From the NCBI GenBank assembly GCA_039812725.1, contig JBDIBD010000002.1, positions 1 through 42,647 of the forward strand: a DNA stretch of 42,647 nt. Direction: 5' to 3'. This stretch comes from Vicinamibacteria bacterium. Its GTDB lineage: Bacteria; Acidobacteriota; Vicinamibacteria; Fen-336. Below the pieces are notes generated by a model. It ran no database searches. It worked only from the letters and a program-made list of their open reading frames with translations, and had not been told where the DNA came from. Below are positions 33,592 to 41,079 of this stretch, in pieces. Made by a program: the position numbers and the translations under genes. Each line of letters opens with the position of its first letter. Position 1 is the stretch's first letter.

Positions 33592-33626
33592 GGGCCTCCC
33601 GGACCCTCCGTCCGGACGGGAGGCCC
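33592..33626 (+). promoter_or_regulatory. Perfect 10-bp GC hairpin (15-nt loop) between dinB-like stop and asparaginase start; the 3' arm contains the asparaginase SD
   Basis: GGGCCTCCCG (33592..33601) pairs with CGGGAGGCCC (33617..33626). GGGAGG lies 5 nt before the ATG at 33629. Confidence 0.55.
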
Positions 33627-33628
33627 GC

Positions 33629-34750
33629 ATGTCCCCTCGCGTCAGTCGCCGACAGTTCGTGAAGGCCGGAGCCGCCGCCGGAGTCGCCGCGGCTGCGGCG
33701 CGCCCCGCATGGTCGGCGCCGGCCGGGGCCGCCGGGACGACCGCCCCCGTGGTGGTGGCCTCGACCAACGGCCACCAGTACAGGAACGGCGGGCCGCGCA
33801 CGGCGGTCGAGGAGGCCTTCGCCCGCCTGGTGAAGGGCGAAGACCCGCTCGACGCGGCCCTGGCCGGCGTCAACATCGTCGAGCTCGACCCGGCGGAAGA
33901 GGGCGTGGGCTACGGCGGCCTGCCCAACGCCGACGGCGTCGTGCAGCTCGACGCCTCGGTGATGCACGGACCCTCGGGCCGGGCCGGCGGCGTGGCCTGC
34001 CTCGAGGGCGTCCGCAGCCCCTCGCTGGTGGCGCGGGCCGTGGCCGAGCAGACCGACCACCACCTGCTGGTGGGCCGCGACGCCCAGGCCTTCGCGCGGC
34101 GGCTCGGTTTCGCGGTCGAGGACGACCTCAACACGCCCAACTCGCGCGCCAAGTGGCTGGACTGGAAGCGCCGCATCGACCCGGAGCACTGGCTCGACCC
34201 GCACCAGCGCGGCCAGGCCGCCGAGCGCGCCCGCCAGTCCATGCTGGCGGAGGGCCGGCTGCGGCCCGAGCACTACCTGGGCACGATCCACCTGAGCGCG
34301 CTCTCGCCGAAGGGCGAGCTGGCCGGCGTCACCACCACCAGCGGGCTGGCCTTCAAGATCCCCGGGCGCGTGGGCGACTCGCCCATCCTCGGGGCCGGCC
34401 TGTACGTCGACGGCGAGGTGGGCGCGGCCGGCTCCACGGGCCGGGGCGAGGCCAACCTGGCCGGCCTGTCCTCGTTCCTGATCGTCGAGGAGCTGCGGCG
34501 CGGGAAGAGCCCGAAGGACGCGGGCCTCGAGGCCCTGCGGCGCATCGCCGCCCGCACGCGCGAGAAGCGCCTGCTGGACGAGCGTGGCCGCCCGCGCTTC
34601 AACGTGCGCTTCTACGTGCTCGACCGCCAGGGGCGCTTCGCCGGGCTGGCGCTGCTGGGCGGGCCCAAGGTCGACTTCGCCGTCTGCACCGAGAAGGGGC
34701 CGGAGGTCCGGCCCTGCGAGGCGCTCTTCGAGCGCGCCCTGGAGGGGTGA
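33629..34750 (+). CDS. Tat-exported Ntn-hydrolase, glycosylasparaginase/isoaspartyl peptidase (asparaginase-2) family
   Basis: Tat signal 'SRRQFVKAGAAAG...' is present. The autoprocessing region is 'LGTIHLSAL', followed by 'GRVGDSPILGAGLYVD...GAAGSTGRGE'. Confidence 0.8.
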   Translation: MSPRVSRRQFVKAGAAAGVAAAAARPAWSAPAGAAGTTAPVVVASTNGHQYRNGGPRTAVEEAFARLVKGEDPLDAALAGVNIVELDPAEEGVGYGGLPNADGVVQLDASVMHGPSGRAGGVACLEGVRSPSLVARAVAEQTDHHLLVGRDAQAFARRLGFAVEDDLNTPNSRAKWLDWKRRIDPEHWLDPHQRGQAAERARQSMLAEGRLRPEHYLGTIHLSALSPKGELAGVTTTSGLAFKIPGRVGDSPILGAGLYVDGEVGAAGSTGRGEANLAGLSSFLIVEELRRGKSPKDAGLEALRRIAARTREKRLLDERGRPRFNVRFYVLDRQGRFAGLALLGGPKVDFAVCTEKGPEVRPCEALFERALEG

Positions 34751-35415
34751 TGGAGCTGCTGCCGTGCGTGGAGATCGGACCGGAGACCGGCGCCGACGGC
34801 GTGGTGCTGTGGATGCACGGCCTGGGCGCCTCGGGCCACGACTTCGAGGACGTGGTGCCGCTGCTGCGCCGGCCGCGCACGCGCTTCGTCTTCCCCCACG
34901 CCCCGCGCCGGCCCGTGTCGATCAACATGGGGCTGATCATGCCGGCCTGGTACGACATCCGCACGCTGGGCGGGCCGCGCGACGACGACGAGCGCGGCAT
35001 CCGCGACTCGCAGCGCCACGTCGAGGCCCTGCTGGCGCGCGAGGCGGAGCGCGGCGTGCCGCCCGGCCGGGTCGTGCTGGCCGGCTTCAGCCAGGGCGGC
35101 GCCATGGCCCTGCACGTGGGGCTGCGCTACCCGGAGACGCTGGCGGGCATCATGGTGCTGTCGGCCTACGAGCTGCTGCCCGAGACGCGTGCGGCCGAGG
35201 CCAGCCCGGCCAACCGGTCGACGCCGGCCCTCGTCTGCCACGGCACCTACGACCCCATGGTGCCGGTGCAGGGCGGCCAGGCCGTGCACGACGCGCTGGC
35301 GGTGAACGGCCGCCCGGCCGAGTGGCACGAGTTCCCCATGGAGCACCAGCTCTGCCTGGAAGAGATCGAGGTCATCGCGCGCTGGCTGGACGAGCGCCTG
35401 CCGGCGGAGGCCTGA
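34750..35415 (+). CDS. Alpha/beta hydrolase, phospholipase/carboxylesterase family
   Basis: 'VLWMHGLGASGHDF' is present, along with nucleophile elbow 'GFSQGGAMA' and 'CHGTYDPMVP...H'. Its ATG shares 1 nt with the previous TGA. Confidence 0.82.
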   Translation: MELLPCVEIGPETGADGVVLWMHGLGASGHDFEDVVPLLRRPRTRFVFPHAPRRPVSINMGLIMPAWYDIRTLGGPRDDDERGIRDSQRHVEALLAREAERGVPPGRVVLAGFSQGGAMALHVGLRYPETLAGIMVLSAYELLPETRAAEASPANRSTPALVCHGTYDPMVPVQGGQAVHDALAVNGRPAEWHEFPMEHQLCLEEIEVIARWLDERLPAEA

Positions 35416-35417
35416 GC

Positions 35418-35618
35418 GTGGCCTGCCCGCCCCCGGGCTCGAACCGGCGCGGCCACGGCGCCGCCCCGCCCGCGGAGCCACGCCCGCCGCTGCGGCTCGA
35501 GAGCGAGTCCCGCGAGCCGCGCTGCGCCATGTGCGGCGGCCCCTGGCGCGACCTGGGCCACTGCAAGGGCGTCTGCCTGCGCTGCGGCTTCATGCAGTCC
35601 TGCGTCGACACGATCTGA
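35418..35618 (+). CDS. Possible small Cys-rich (CxxC...CxxC zinc-ribbon-like) protein; start uncertain (GTG 35418 or ATG 35529)
   Basis: 'CAMCGGPWRDLGHCKGVCLRCGFMQSC' is followed directly by a terminator-like hairpin. The N-terminal part is low-complexity. Confidence 0.3.
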   Translation: MACPPPGSNRRGHGAAPPAEPRPPLRLESESREPRCAMCGGPWRDLGHCKGVCLRCGFMQSCVDTI

Positions 35619-35619
35619 G

Positions 35620-35635
35620 GCGGGGGCAGCCCCGC
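35620..35635 (+). terminator. Short GC hairpin GCGGGG-gcag-CCCCGC followed by TTCGTC
   Basis: It has a 6-bp perfect stem and starts 2 nt after the TGA at 35616..35618. The U-tract is weak. Confidence 0.4.
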
Positions 35636-35691
35636 TTCGTCACCCCGAGGCCGGACCGCAACGGCGCGGGCGGCGAGGCCAGGAACCGCCA

Positions 35692-35800
35692 TCGTCATCC
35701 TGAGGAGCCGCCGTCCAAGCCGGCGACGAAGGATCTCTCGGGCTCTTACGACTCGAGAGATCCTTCGCTCCCAGCCAGGACGAGGTCGCCCAGGATGGCG
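35692..35800. repeat. MITE/REP-like palindromic element, copy C (full; inverted relative to copy A)
   Basis: 'CGTCATCCTGAGGAGCCGCCGTCCAAGCCGGCGACGAAGGATCTCTCG' + loop + 'CTCGAGAGATCCTTCGCTCCCAGCCAGGACGAGGTCGCCCAGGATGGCG'. Confidence 0.8.
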
Positions 35801-35828
35801 GCGGGGCGTCGAGGGCGTCGCGCCTTTC

Positions 35829-36170
35829 TCACCAGACCTGCACCTGCGCCGCCAGCCGGCGTGGCGCGAGGTTGCGCCAGGCCAGGGTCAGGGCCAGCTT
35901 CACGCTGCGGACCCGGGCCGCCTTCAGCCGCACGTGCGTGGCGCCGCGCCGACCCCAGCCGCCCTCCACGGGCGCGAAGACGTCGGGCTCGGCCTCGAGG
36001 AAGGCCCACTGCTGGTCGGGGGTCAGCTTGACCATCGCCGAGCCCTCGTCCGGGTAGCCCAGGGTGGCGAAGATCCGCCCGCCCACGCGGAAGTCCGGGT
36101 GCCCCATGTGCCCGACCTCGCTGCTCTCGGGCAGCTTCAGCGCCAGCCGTCGGAACCCGCTCGCGGTCAT
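35829..36170 (-). CDS. MmcQ/YjbR-family protein
   Basis: 'FRRLALKLPESSEVGHMGHPDFRVGGRIFATL...MVKL' is present. Its ATG overlaps the upstream TGA (ATGA). Confidence 0.7.
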   Translation of the reverse strand: MTASGFRRLALKLPESSEVGHMGHPDFRVGGRIFATLGYPDEGSAMVKLTPDQQWAFLEAEPDVFAPVEGGWGRRGATHVRLKAARVRSVKLALTLAWRNLAPRRLAAQVQVW

Positions 36171-36760
36171 CGTCCCTCCTCGCCGCCCGTGAGCGGCAGC
36201 CCGTCCCGGCACAGCGGGCACTCGCCCGGCGTCCAGAGCCGGTTGGGCACCTGCTCGAGCGTCTCGAGGGCCAGGCCCTGCTCCTGGGCCAGGCGGGCGG
36301 CGGCCGTCCCGAGCACCACCAGCGTGCCGAGCGCCAGCGGCTCCGCGCCACAGGCCCGCAGGTCCTCGAGCGTCCCGCGCACGGCCGAACCGGCGTTGAT
36401 CACGTCGTTGACGACCAGCACGCGACGCCCGCGCACGCGCGCCCGGAGCGGCCCCGGCAGACGGTAGCTCACCGGGAACAGGCCGCTGGCTCCCGGCCGC
36501 CGCTCGGGCTGACTGTAGACGAACGGCAGGCCCAGCCGCTCGGCCACGCGCAGCGCGACGAAGGCCCCTTCGACCAGCGGCCCGCAGACCACCTCCGCCC
36601 CGAGGTCCTGCAGCCGGGCCGCCAGCTCGTCGGCCTGGCGCCAGGCCGAGGACACGTCGTGGCAGAGCAGCTCGAGGTCCAACCACAGCTCGCCGTGGTG
36701 CCCCGACTCGAGCAGGAAGTGGCCGCTCCTGGCGAACGACAGATGACGCTTCTCTCCCAT
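36167..36760 (-). CDS. Phosphoribosyltransferase (orotate PRTase-like, type I PRT fold)
   Basis: 'GHFLLESGHHGELWLDL' is present, along with the PRPP-binding motif 'VLVVNDVINAGSAV'. Confidence 0.75.
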   Translation of the reverse strand: MGEKRHLSFARSGHFLLESGHHGELWLDLELLCHDVSSAWRQADELAARLQDLGAEVVCGPLVEGAFVALRVAERLGLPFVYSQPERRPGASGLFPVSYRLPGPLRARVRGRRVLVVNDVINAGSAVRGTLEDLRACGAEPLALGTLVVLGTAAARLAQEQGLALETLEQVPNRLWTPGECPLCRDGLPLTGGEEGR

Positions 36761-36794
36761 GCGTGAGCCACGAGCTTACGCCGGAAACAGGAAC

Positions 36795-36822
36795 GGGGCG
36801 GGAGCCTCGCGGCTCCCGCCCC
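36795..36822 (-). terminator. Rho-independent-type terminator downstream of the giant secreted protein gene
   Basis: A perfect 12-bp stem GGGGCGGGAGCC/GGCTCCCGCCCC with a 4-nt loop is followed on the minus strand by GTTCCTGTTTCC. Confidence 0.7.
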
Positions 36823-36837
36823 GCCACGGCCACGCGC

Positions 36838-39800
36838 CTAGCGCGGGCCGACCAGCTTCAGGTCGAGCGGCGGCAGGTTCTGGGGCGAGCTGAAGGCCCC
36901 GCTCTGCCGCGTCACGCCGGTGGCGTCCATGAACCAGATCGCGATGCGGCCGCTGGTGCTGTTGCGGAAGACCAGGTCGGGGCGGCCGTTGCCGTCGAAG
37001 TCCTCGACCGCGGAGACGCGCCACCAGGGCTGGGCCGAGGCCGCCAGCTGCGGCGTGATGTCGGCCTGGCCGATGCGCAGCGTGCCGTCCATGTACCAGA
37101 CCGTCATGAAGCCGTCGCTGCTGCGCTGCCAGAGGATGTCGGTCTTCTGGTCGCCGTTGAAGTCGCCGGTGCCCGCCACCTGCCAGTCGGGGGGCTGGGT
37201 GTCCGGCGTCGTGAACTGGCCCGTCAGGCGGTTCACGCCGTCCATGGTCCAGACCACGTTGCGGCCCGAGACCGAGTTGCGCCAGAGCAGGTCCCACTTG
37301 CCGTCGCCGTCGAACTGCCCGGTGCCGGCGATCTGCCAGTTGGTGTCGGCCAGGGTGTCGGGGTTGAGGAACACGCCGCCGGTGCGCGTGGTCTGGTTCA
37401 TGTACCAGACCACGTTCTTGCCCGACAGGGCGTGGCGCCAGATCAGGTCGGTGTGGCCGTCACCGTTCATGTCGGCGGTGCCCTGCAGCTGCCAGCCCAG
37501 GTCGGCCAGGCTGGCCGGGGTGGTGGTGGTCTGCTGCACGATGTTGATCCCGGACATGATCCAGACGGACATGGCCCCGGTGGTCTGGCTGCGGTAGACC
37601 AGGTCGGGCGTGCCGTCCTGGTTGAGGTCGCCGTGGGTCCCGACCGGGTGCACCGTGCAGCTCACCGGGTAGCTGGCGGGGCTGCCCGCCGCGTTGTGCG
37701 TCACCGTGACGGTGCCGCTGTAGACCCCCACGCTCGCCGACTGGCACTGCACCGTGACGGTCACGGCCGGGCTGCCGTCGGGGATGCTGAACGAGCCCGG
37801 GCCCACCGTGAGCGCGGGGCCGCCGGAGACGGTCACGCTGCTGACCACCAGCGTGGCGTTGCCGGTCTCCGAGACGGTGAACGTGCGCGTGGCCGGCGTC
37901 CCCGGGGTGGCGCTGATGGCCGCCAGGGGCGTGCCGGGAGCCGGGTTCGAGCCGTAGCCCGGGGCGCTGGCGGGCCCGACGTTGCAGGTCACCGGGTAGT
38001 CGGCCGGGCTGCCGGCAGCGTTGTGCTGCACGCGCAGGGTGCCGCCAAAGGTTCCGGTCGAGGCCGACATGCACGCGACCGTCACGTTCACCGGCGCGCC
38101 GCCGTCGGGGATGCTGAAGGGGGCCTGCGAGACGCTCAGCTCGGGGGCGCTGCCGGCCAGGAGGGCCACGCTGGTCACGTTCAGGGTGGCGTTGCCGGTC
38201 TCGGAGACCGTCAGCGTGGCGCTGCCCGTGGCGTTCGTGACCGTGTTGACCGTCAGGGTCTGGCCGGGCGACGGGCTGGAGCCGTAGCCAGGAGCGGGAG
38301 CGTTGTTGACCGTGCAGCTCACCGGGTAGGTCGCGGGGCTGCCGGCCGCGTTGTGGATCACCTGCACCGTGCCGTTGAAGGTGCCGCTCGAGGGCGAGAG
38401 GCAGGTCACGGTGACGGTCTGCGGCAGGCCGCCGTCGGGGATCGAGAACGAGCCGGGCAGCACGGCCAGCTGCACGGGGTCGCCGGGCGACATCGTCACG
38501 CTGGTCACGTTCAGCGTGGCGTTGCCGGTCTCCTGGACCAGGAACGAGCTGCTGCCCGTGACGTTCGTGGTGGTGGTGATCGGCAGCAGCGACTGGCCGG
38601 GGCTCGGCACCGAGCCGTAGCCCGGGGCGGGCGCCGGGTCGACCGTGCACTGGACCGTGTACTGGGCCGGGCTGCCGGGCGCGTTGTGCTGCACGGTCAC
38701 GGTGCCGTTGAAGGTCCCGCTGGAGGACGACTGGCACGAGACGGTGACCGTCACCGGCCCGCCGCCGTCGGGGATCGAGAACGAGCCCGGGGCGATGCTC
38801 AGCTCGGGGCCGCCGGTGATCGACACCGAGGTCACGTTGAGCTGGGCGTTGCCGGTCTCGGAGACCGAGAAGGTGGAGGTCCCGAGCACGTTGACGGTGG
38901 TCGCGATCGCGGCCAGGGCGCTGCCCGGGCTCGGGCTCGAGCCGTAGCCCGGCTGCGGCGGCGGGGCCGGCGACTCGAAGGCGCCGGCGTCGCAGTTGCC
39001 CGGTCCCTGCGGGCGGGGCAGCAGGCGCTGGTCGAGGTCGAAGATCGGCGCGGCCGAGCAGATCGACGGCACGCCCAGTCCCAGGGCGGCGCTGCTCGCC
39101 CCCAGCGCCATGGTGGGCTGGATGGGCGGCGCGTTGGGGACCAGGGGCAGGAGCTGCGGGTCGGCCGTCTGGATCGAGGCGCCGCACGAGCTGCCCGGGA
39201 ACTGCAGGTTGCCGCCCAGGTCGGCCAGCGCCAGGCCGCCGCAGTTGGAGCCCGCCACGCTGTTGGCCAGGATCGAGTTGCCGACCTGGACGGCGTCGGC
39301 GGCGGCGTTGGCGTTGGAGAGCGCGCCGCCCGAGTTGACGGCGGTGTTGCCCGAGAGCGTGCTGTTGAGCAGCAGCACCTTGGCGTTGACGTCGAAGTTG
39401 GCGATGGCGCCGCCGTCGTTCAGGGCCTGGTTGCCCGAGAAGGTCGAGTTGGCCACGCGCAGGCGGTCGTGCTCCAGCCCGAAGCCGTGCAGGTGCGCGA
39501 TGGCGCCGCCGCTCGAGGTGAAGCTGCGGTTCTGGTCGAAGGTCGAGCCCAGCACGGTGAGGATGCCGCCGTTGTAGATCGCGCCGCCCAGGCCGTTGAC
39601 GTTGCCCACGCCGCCGGTCCCCGAGGCGCTGTTCTGGAAGAACAGGCAGTTGTAGAGCCCGCCCTTGTGCAGGTCGGCCGGCGTGTTGACCGTGTCGGGC
39701 CACGAGAGCGCCGCCGTGGGGGCGTTGATCAGCGCGCCGCCGCGCCCGTTGGGGGCCGTGTTGCCGCTGAAGGTCGAGGCCTCGACCAGGATCAGGGACG

Positions 39801-40605
39801 TGCTGGTGTCGCCGCCGCCGTTGAAGACCGCCCCGCCGCCGCGCACCTCGCTGGTGCCGTCGCCCAGGGCCGTGTTGCCCGTGAAGGCCAGGGTGGTCAT
39901 CGTCACGGTCGCCAGCGCGCCGGTCCCGGAGACGTAGACGGCGCCGCCGTCGCGGTCGGCCGTGTTGCCGGTGAAGGTCGTGTTGGCGATGACCACCGCC
40001 ACGTCGGGGTTGAAGTAGAGCGCGCCGCCGTCCTGCCCGGCCTGGTTGTTGCTGAAGGTCGAGTCGGTGATGGTCAGGGTGTCGCCGCTGAAGTAGATCG
40101 CGCCGCCGTAGGCCTGGGTCTTGTTGTTGTCGAAGCTGCAGTTGAGCACGGTCAGGTCGCCCAGGCTGGCGTCGATCACGCCGCCGGTCGAGGTGGTCGC
40201 GTCGAAGCCGCTGAACGTGACGTGGTCGAGCGTCAGGTGGCCCAGGCTGGCGAAGATGAACAGGCGCTCGCCGGCGTTCCCGGCGCCGTTGATCGTGACC
40301 GGGCCGGTCAGCTTGACGTTGGTGCTGAACTGCATGTTGCCGGCGGTCAGGTTGACCGTCGAGACGTCGAAGACGATCTCGTCGTCGCCGCCGCTGACCG
40401 GGCCGCAGTCGTCGTTGGGCGCGAACTCGCGCGCCACCAGCACGGCCTCGCGCAGCGTGCACTGGCCGTCGTCGGCCGGGGCGCCGTCGCTGCCCGTGGT
40501 CACGTGGATCTGGGCCGCCCCGGCCGAGCCGGCCGCGCCCAGCAGCGCCGCGAGCCCCAGGCCGCGCAGCAGCTGACGCCAATTCCCCCCGCACAAGTCC
40601 CGCAT
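36838..40605 (-). CDS. Large secreted protein: signal peptide, parallel beta-helix (PMP/PbH1-like) repeats, four Ig-like (choice-of-anchor-D-like) repeats, five FG-GAP/VCBS-like repeats
   Basis: Signal 'LGLAALLGAAGSAGAAQ' is present. Repeated 'GGAIYF/GGALYF...F.GN.A' motifs are present. There are four copies of 'PGYGS.PSPG...ETGNATLNVTSV...FSIPDGG.PVTVTV.C...GTF.GTV.V.HNAAGSPA.YPV.C'. FG-GAP-like repeats 'DMNGDGHTDLIWRH', 'FDGDGKWDLLWRN' and 'FNGDQKTDILWQR' are present. GGAGG lies 9 nt upstream of the ATG at 40605 (TTG 40611 is an alternative). Confidence 0.88.
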   Translation of the reverse strand: MRDLCGGNWRQLLRGLGLAALLGAAGSAGAAQIHVTTGSDGAPADDGQCTLREAVLVAREFAPNDDCGPVSGGDDEIVFDVSTVNLTAGNMQFSTNVKLTGPVTINGAGNAGERLFIFASLGHLTLDHVTFSGFDATTSTGGVIDASLGDLTVLNCSFDNNKTQAYGGAIYFSGDTLTITDSTFSNNQAGQDGGALYFNPDVAVVIANTTFTGNTADRDGGAVYVSGTGALATVTMTTLAFTGNTALGDGTSEVRGGGAVFNGGGDTSTSLILVEASTFSGNTAPNGRGGALINAPTAALSWPDTVNTPADLHKGGLYNCLFFQNSASGTGGVGNVNGLGGAIYNGGILTVLGSTFDQNRSFTSSGGAIAHLHGFGLEHDRLRVANSTFSGNQALNDGGAIANFDVNAKVLLLNSTLSGNTAVNSGGALSNANAAADAVQVGNSILANSVAGSNCGGLALADLGGNLQFPGSSCGASIQTADPQLLPLVPNAPPIQPTMALGASSAALGLGVPSICSAAPIFDLDQRLLPRPQGPGNCDAGAFESPAPPPQPGYGSSPSPGSALAAIATTVNVLGTSTFSVSETGNAQLNVTSVSITGGPELSIAPGSFSIPDGGGPVTVTVSCQSSSSGTFNGTVTVQHNAPGSPAQYTVQCTVDPAPAPGYGSVPSPGQSLLPITTTTNVTGSSSFLVQETGNATLNVTSVTMSPGDPVQLAVLPGSFSIPDGGLPQTVTVTCLSPSSGTFNGTVQVIHNAAGSPATYPVSCTVNNAPAPGYGSSPSPGQTLTVNTVTNATGSATLTVSETGNATLNVTSVALLAGSAPELSVSQAPFSIPDGGAPVNVTVACMSASTGTFGGTLRVQHNAAGSPADYPVTCNVGPASAPGYGSNPAPGTPLAAISATPGTPATRTFTVSETGNATLVVSSVTVSGGPALTVGPGSFSIPDGSPAVTVTVQCQSASVGVYSGTVTVTHNAAGSPASYPVSCTVHPVGTHGDLNQDGTPDLVYRSQTTGAMSVWIMSGINIVQQTTTTPASLADLGWQLQGTADMNGDGHTDLIWRHALSGKNVVWYMNQTTRTGGVFLNPDTLADTNWQIAGTGQFDGDGKWDLLWRNSVSGRNVVWTMDGVNRLTGQFTTPDTQPPDWQVAGTGDFNGDQKTDILWQRSSDGFMTVWYMDGTLRIGQADITPQLAASAQPWWRVSAVEDFDGNGRPDLVFRNSTSGRIAIWFMDATGVTRQSGAFSSPQNLPPLDLKLVGPR
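37648..38952 (-). repeat. Four tandem, diverged coding repeats of roughly 330 bp (about 110 aa) inside the giant protein gene
   Basis: 'GAGCCGTAGCC(C/A)GG' recurs on the plus strand near 37951, 38281, 38615 and 38941. Protein repeats start at aa 554, 663, 774 and 884 (numbered from TTG 40611). Confidence 0.85.
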
Positions 40606-40701
40606 CGTCAATCACCTCCGCCGGCAGGCCGAGACCGGTCTACGGGGTAGAGACGCGGAGGGGGGCGAGGGGTTACCGGCGGGCCGGGAGCGTGACGCCC
40701 G

Positions 40702-41079
40702 TCACCCCAGGACCTGCGCAGGGCAGGGCGTGGCAGCCGCCGCCGGGCCGATCACGATCGGGGCTTCCGCCGCCCAGCCGCCCGGCTCGGAGACGACCTC
40801 GACCCGCCAGTGCAGGTCGAAGCCGCGCCCGTGGTACGAGCACGGCCCGTCGGGCACCGTGAGCGTGAAGCTGCGCGCGTCGCGCGAGCGCGCGCCGTCG
40901 ACCGCGACGCTGGCGCCGATCCCGCTCTCGCTCTGGTCCCCGCCCCGGGCCGTCCAGGCCAGGCGCAGCTCGACCCGCGCCGGCGGACCCGGCAGGTCCC
41001 AGCTGGCCTGGCCGGTCACCTCGTCGCCGGGCCGGTAGGCGGCCGCGGGCGCGTCGACCGTCACGGTCATCATGCTCAT
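40702..41079 (-). CDS. Small arrestin-N/Spo0M-like beta-sandwich protein (tentative)
   Basis: 'YRPGDEVTGQASWDL...RVELRLAW...FTLTVPDGPCSYHGRGFDLHWRVEV' is present. Its ATG overlaps the upstream TGA (ATGA). Confidence 0.5.
   Translation of the reverse strand: MSMMTVTVDAPAAAYRPGDEVTGQASWDLPGPPARVELRLAWTARGGDQSESGIGASVAVDGARSRDARSFTLTVPDGPCSYHGRGFDLHWRVEVVSEPGGWAAEAPIVIGPAAAATPCPAQVLG

Noticed and set aside
37648-38952. A periodic repeat of about 330 bp that could superficially suggest a CRISPR-like or satellite array.
   Set aside because: The period is far too long, there are no short conserved repeats with unique spacers, and the repeats are in-frame coding units of the giant protein.
40692-40705. 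Hairpin GTGAC-gccc-GTCAC at the end of the small arrestin-like gene as a terminator.
   Set aside because: The stem is only 5 bp, it includes the stop codon, and there is no U-tract, so it is too weak to call.
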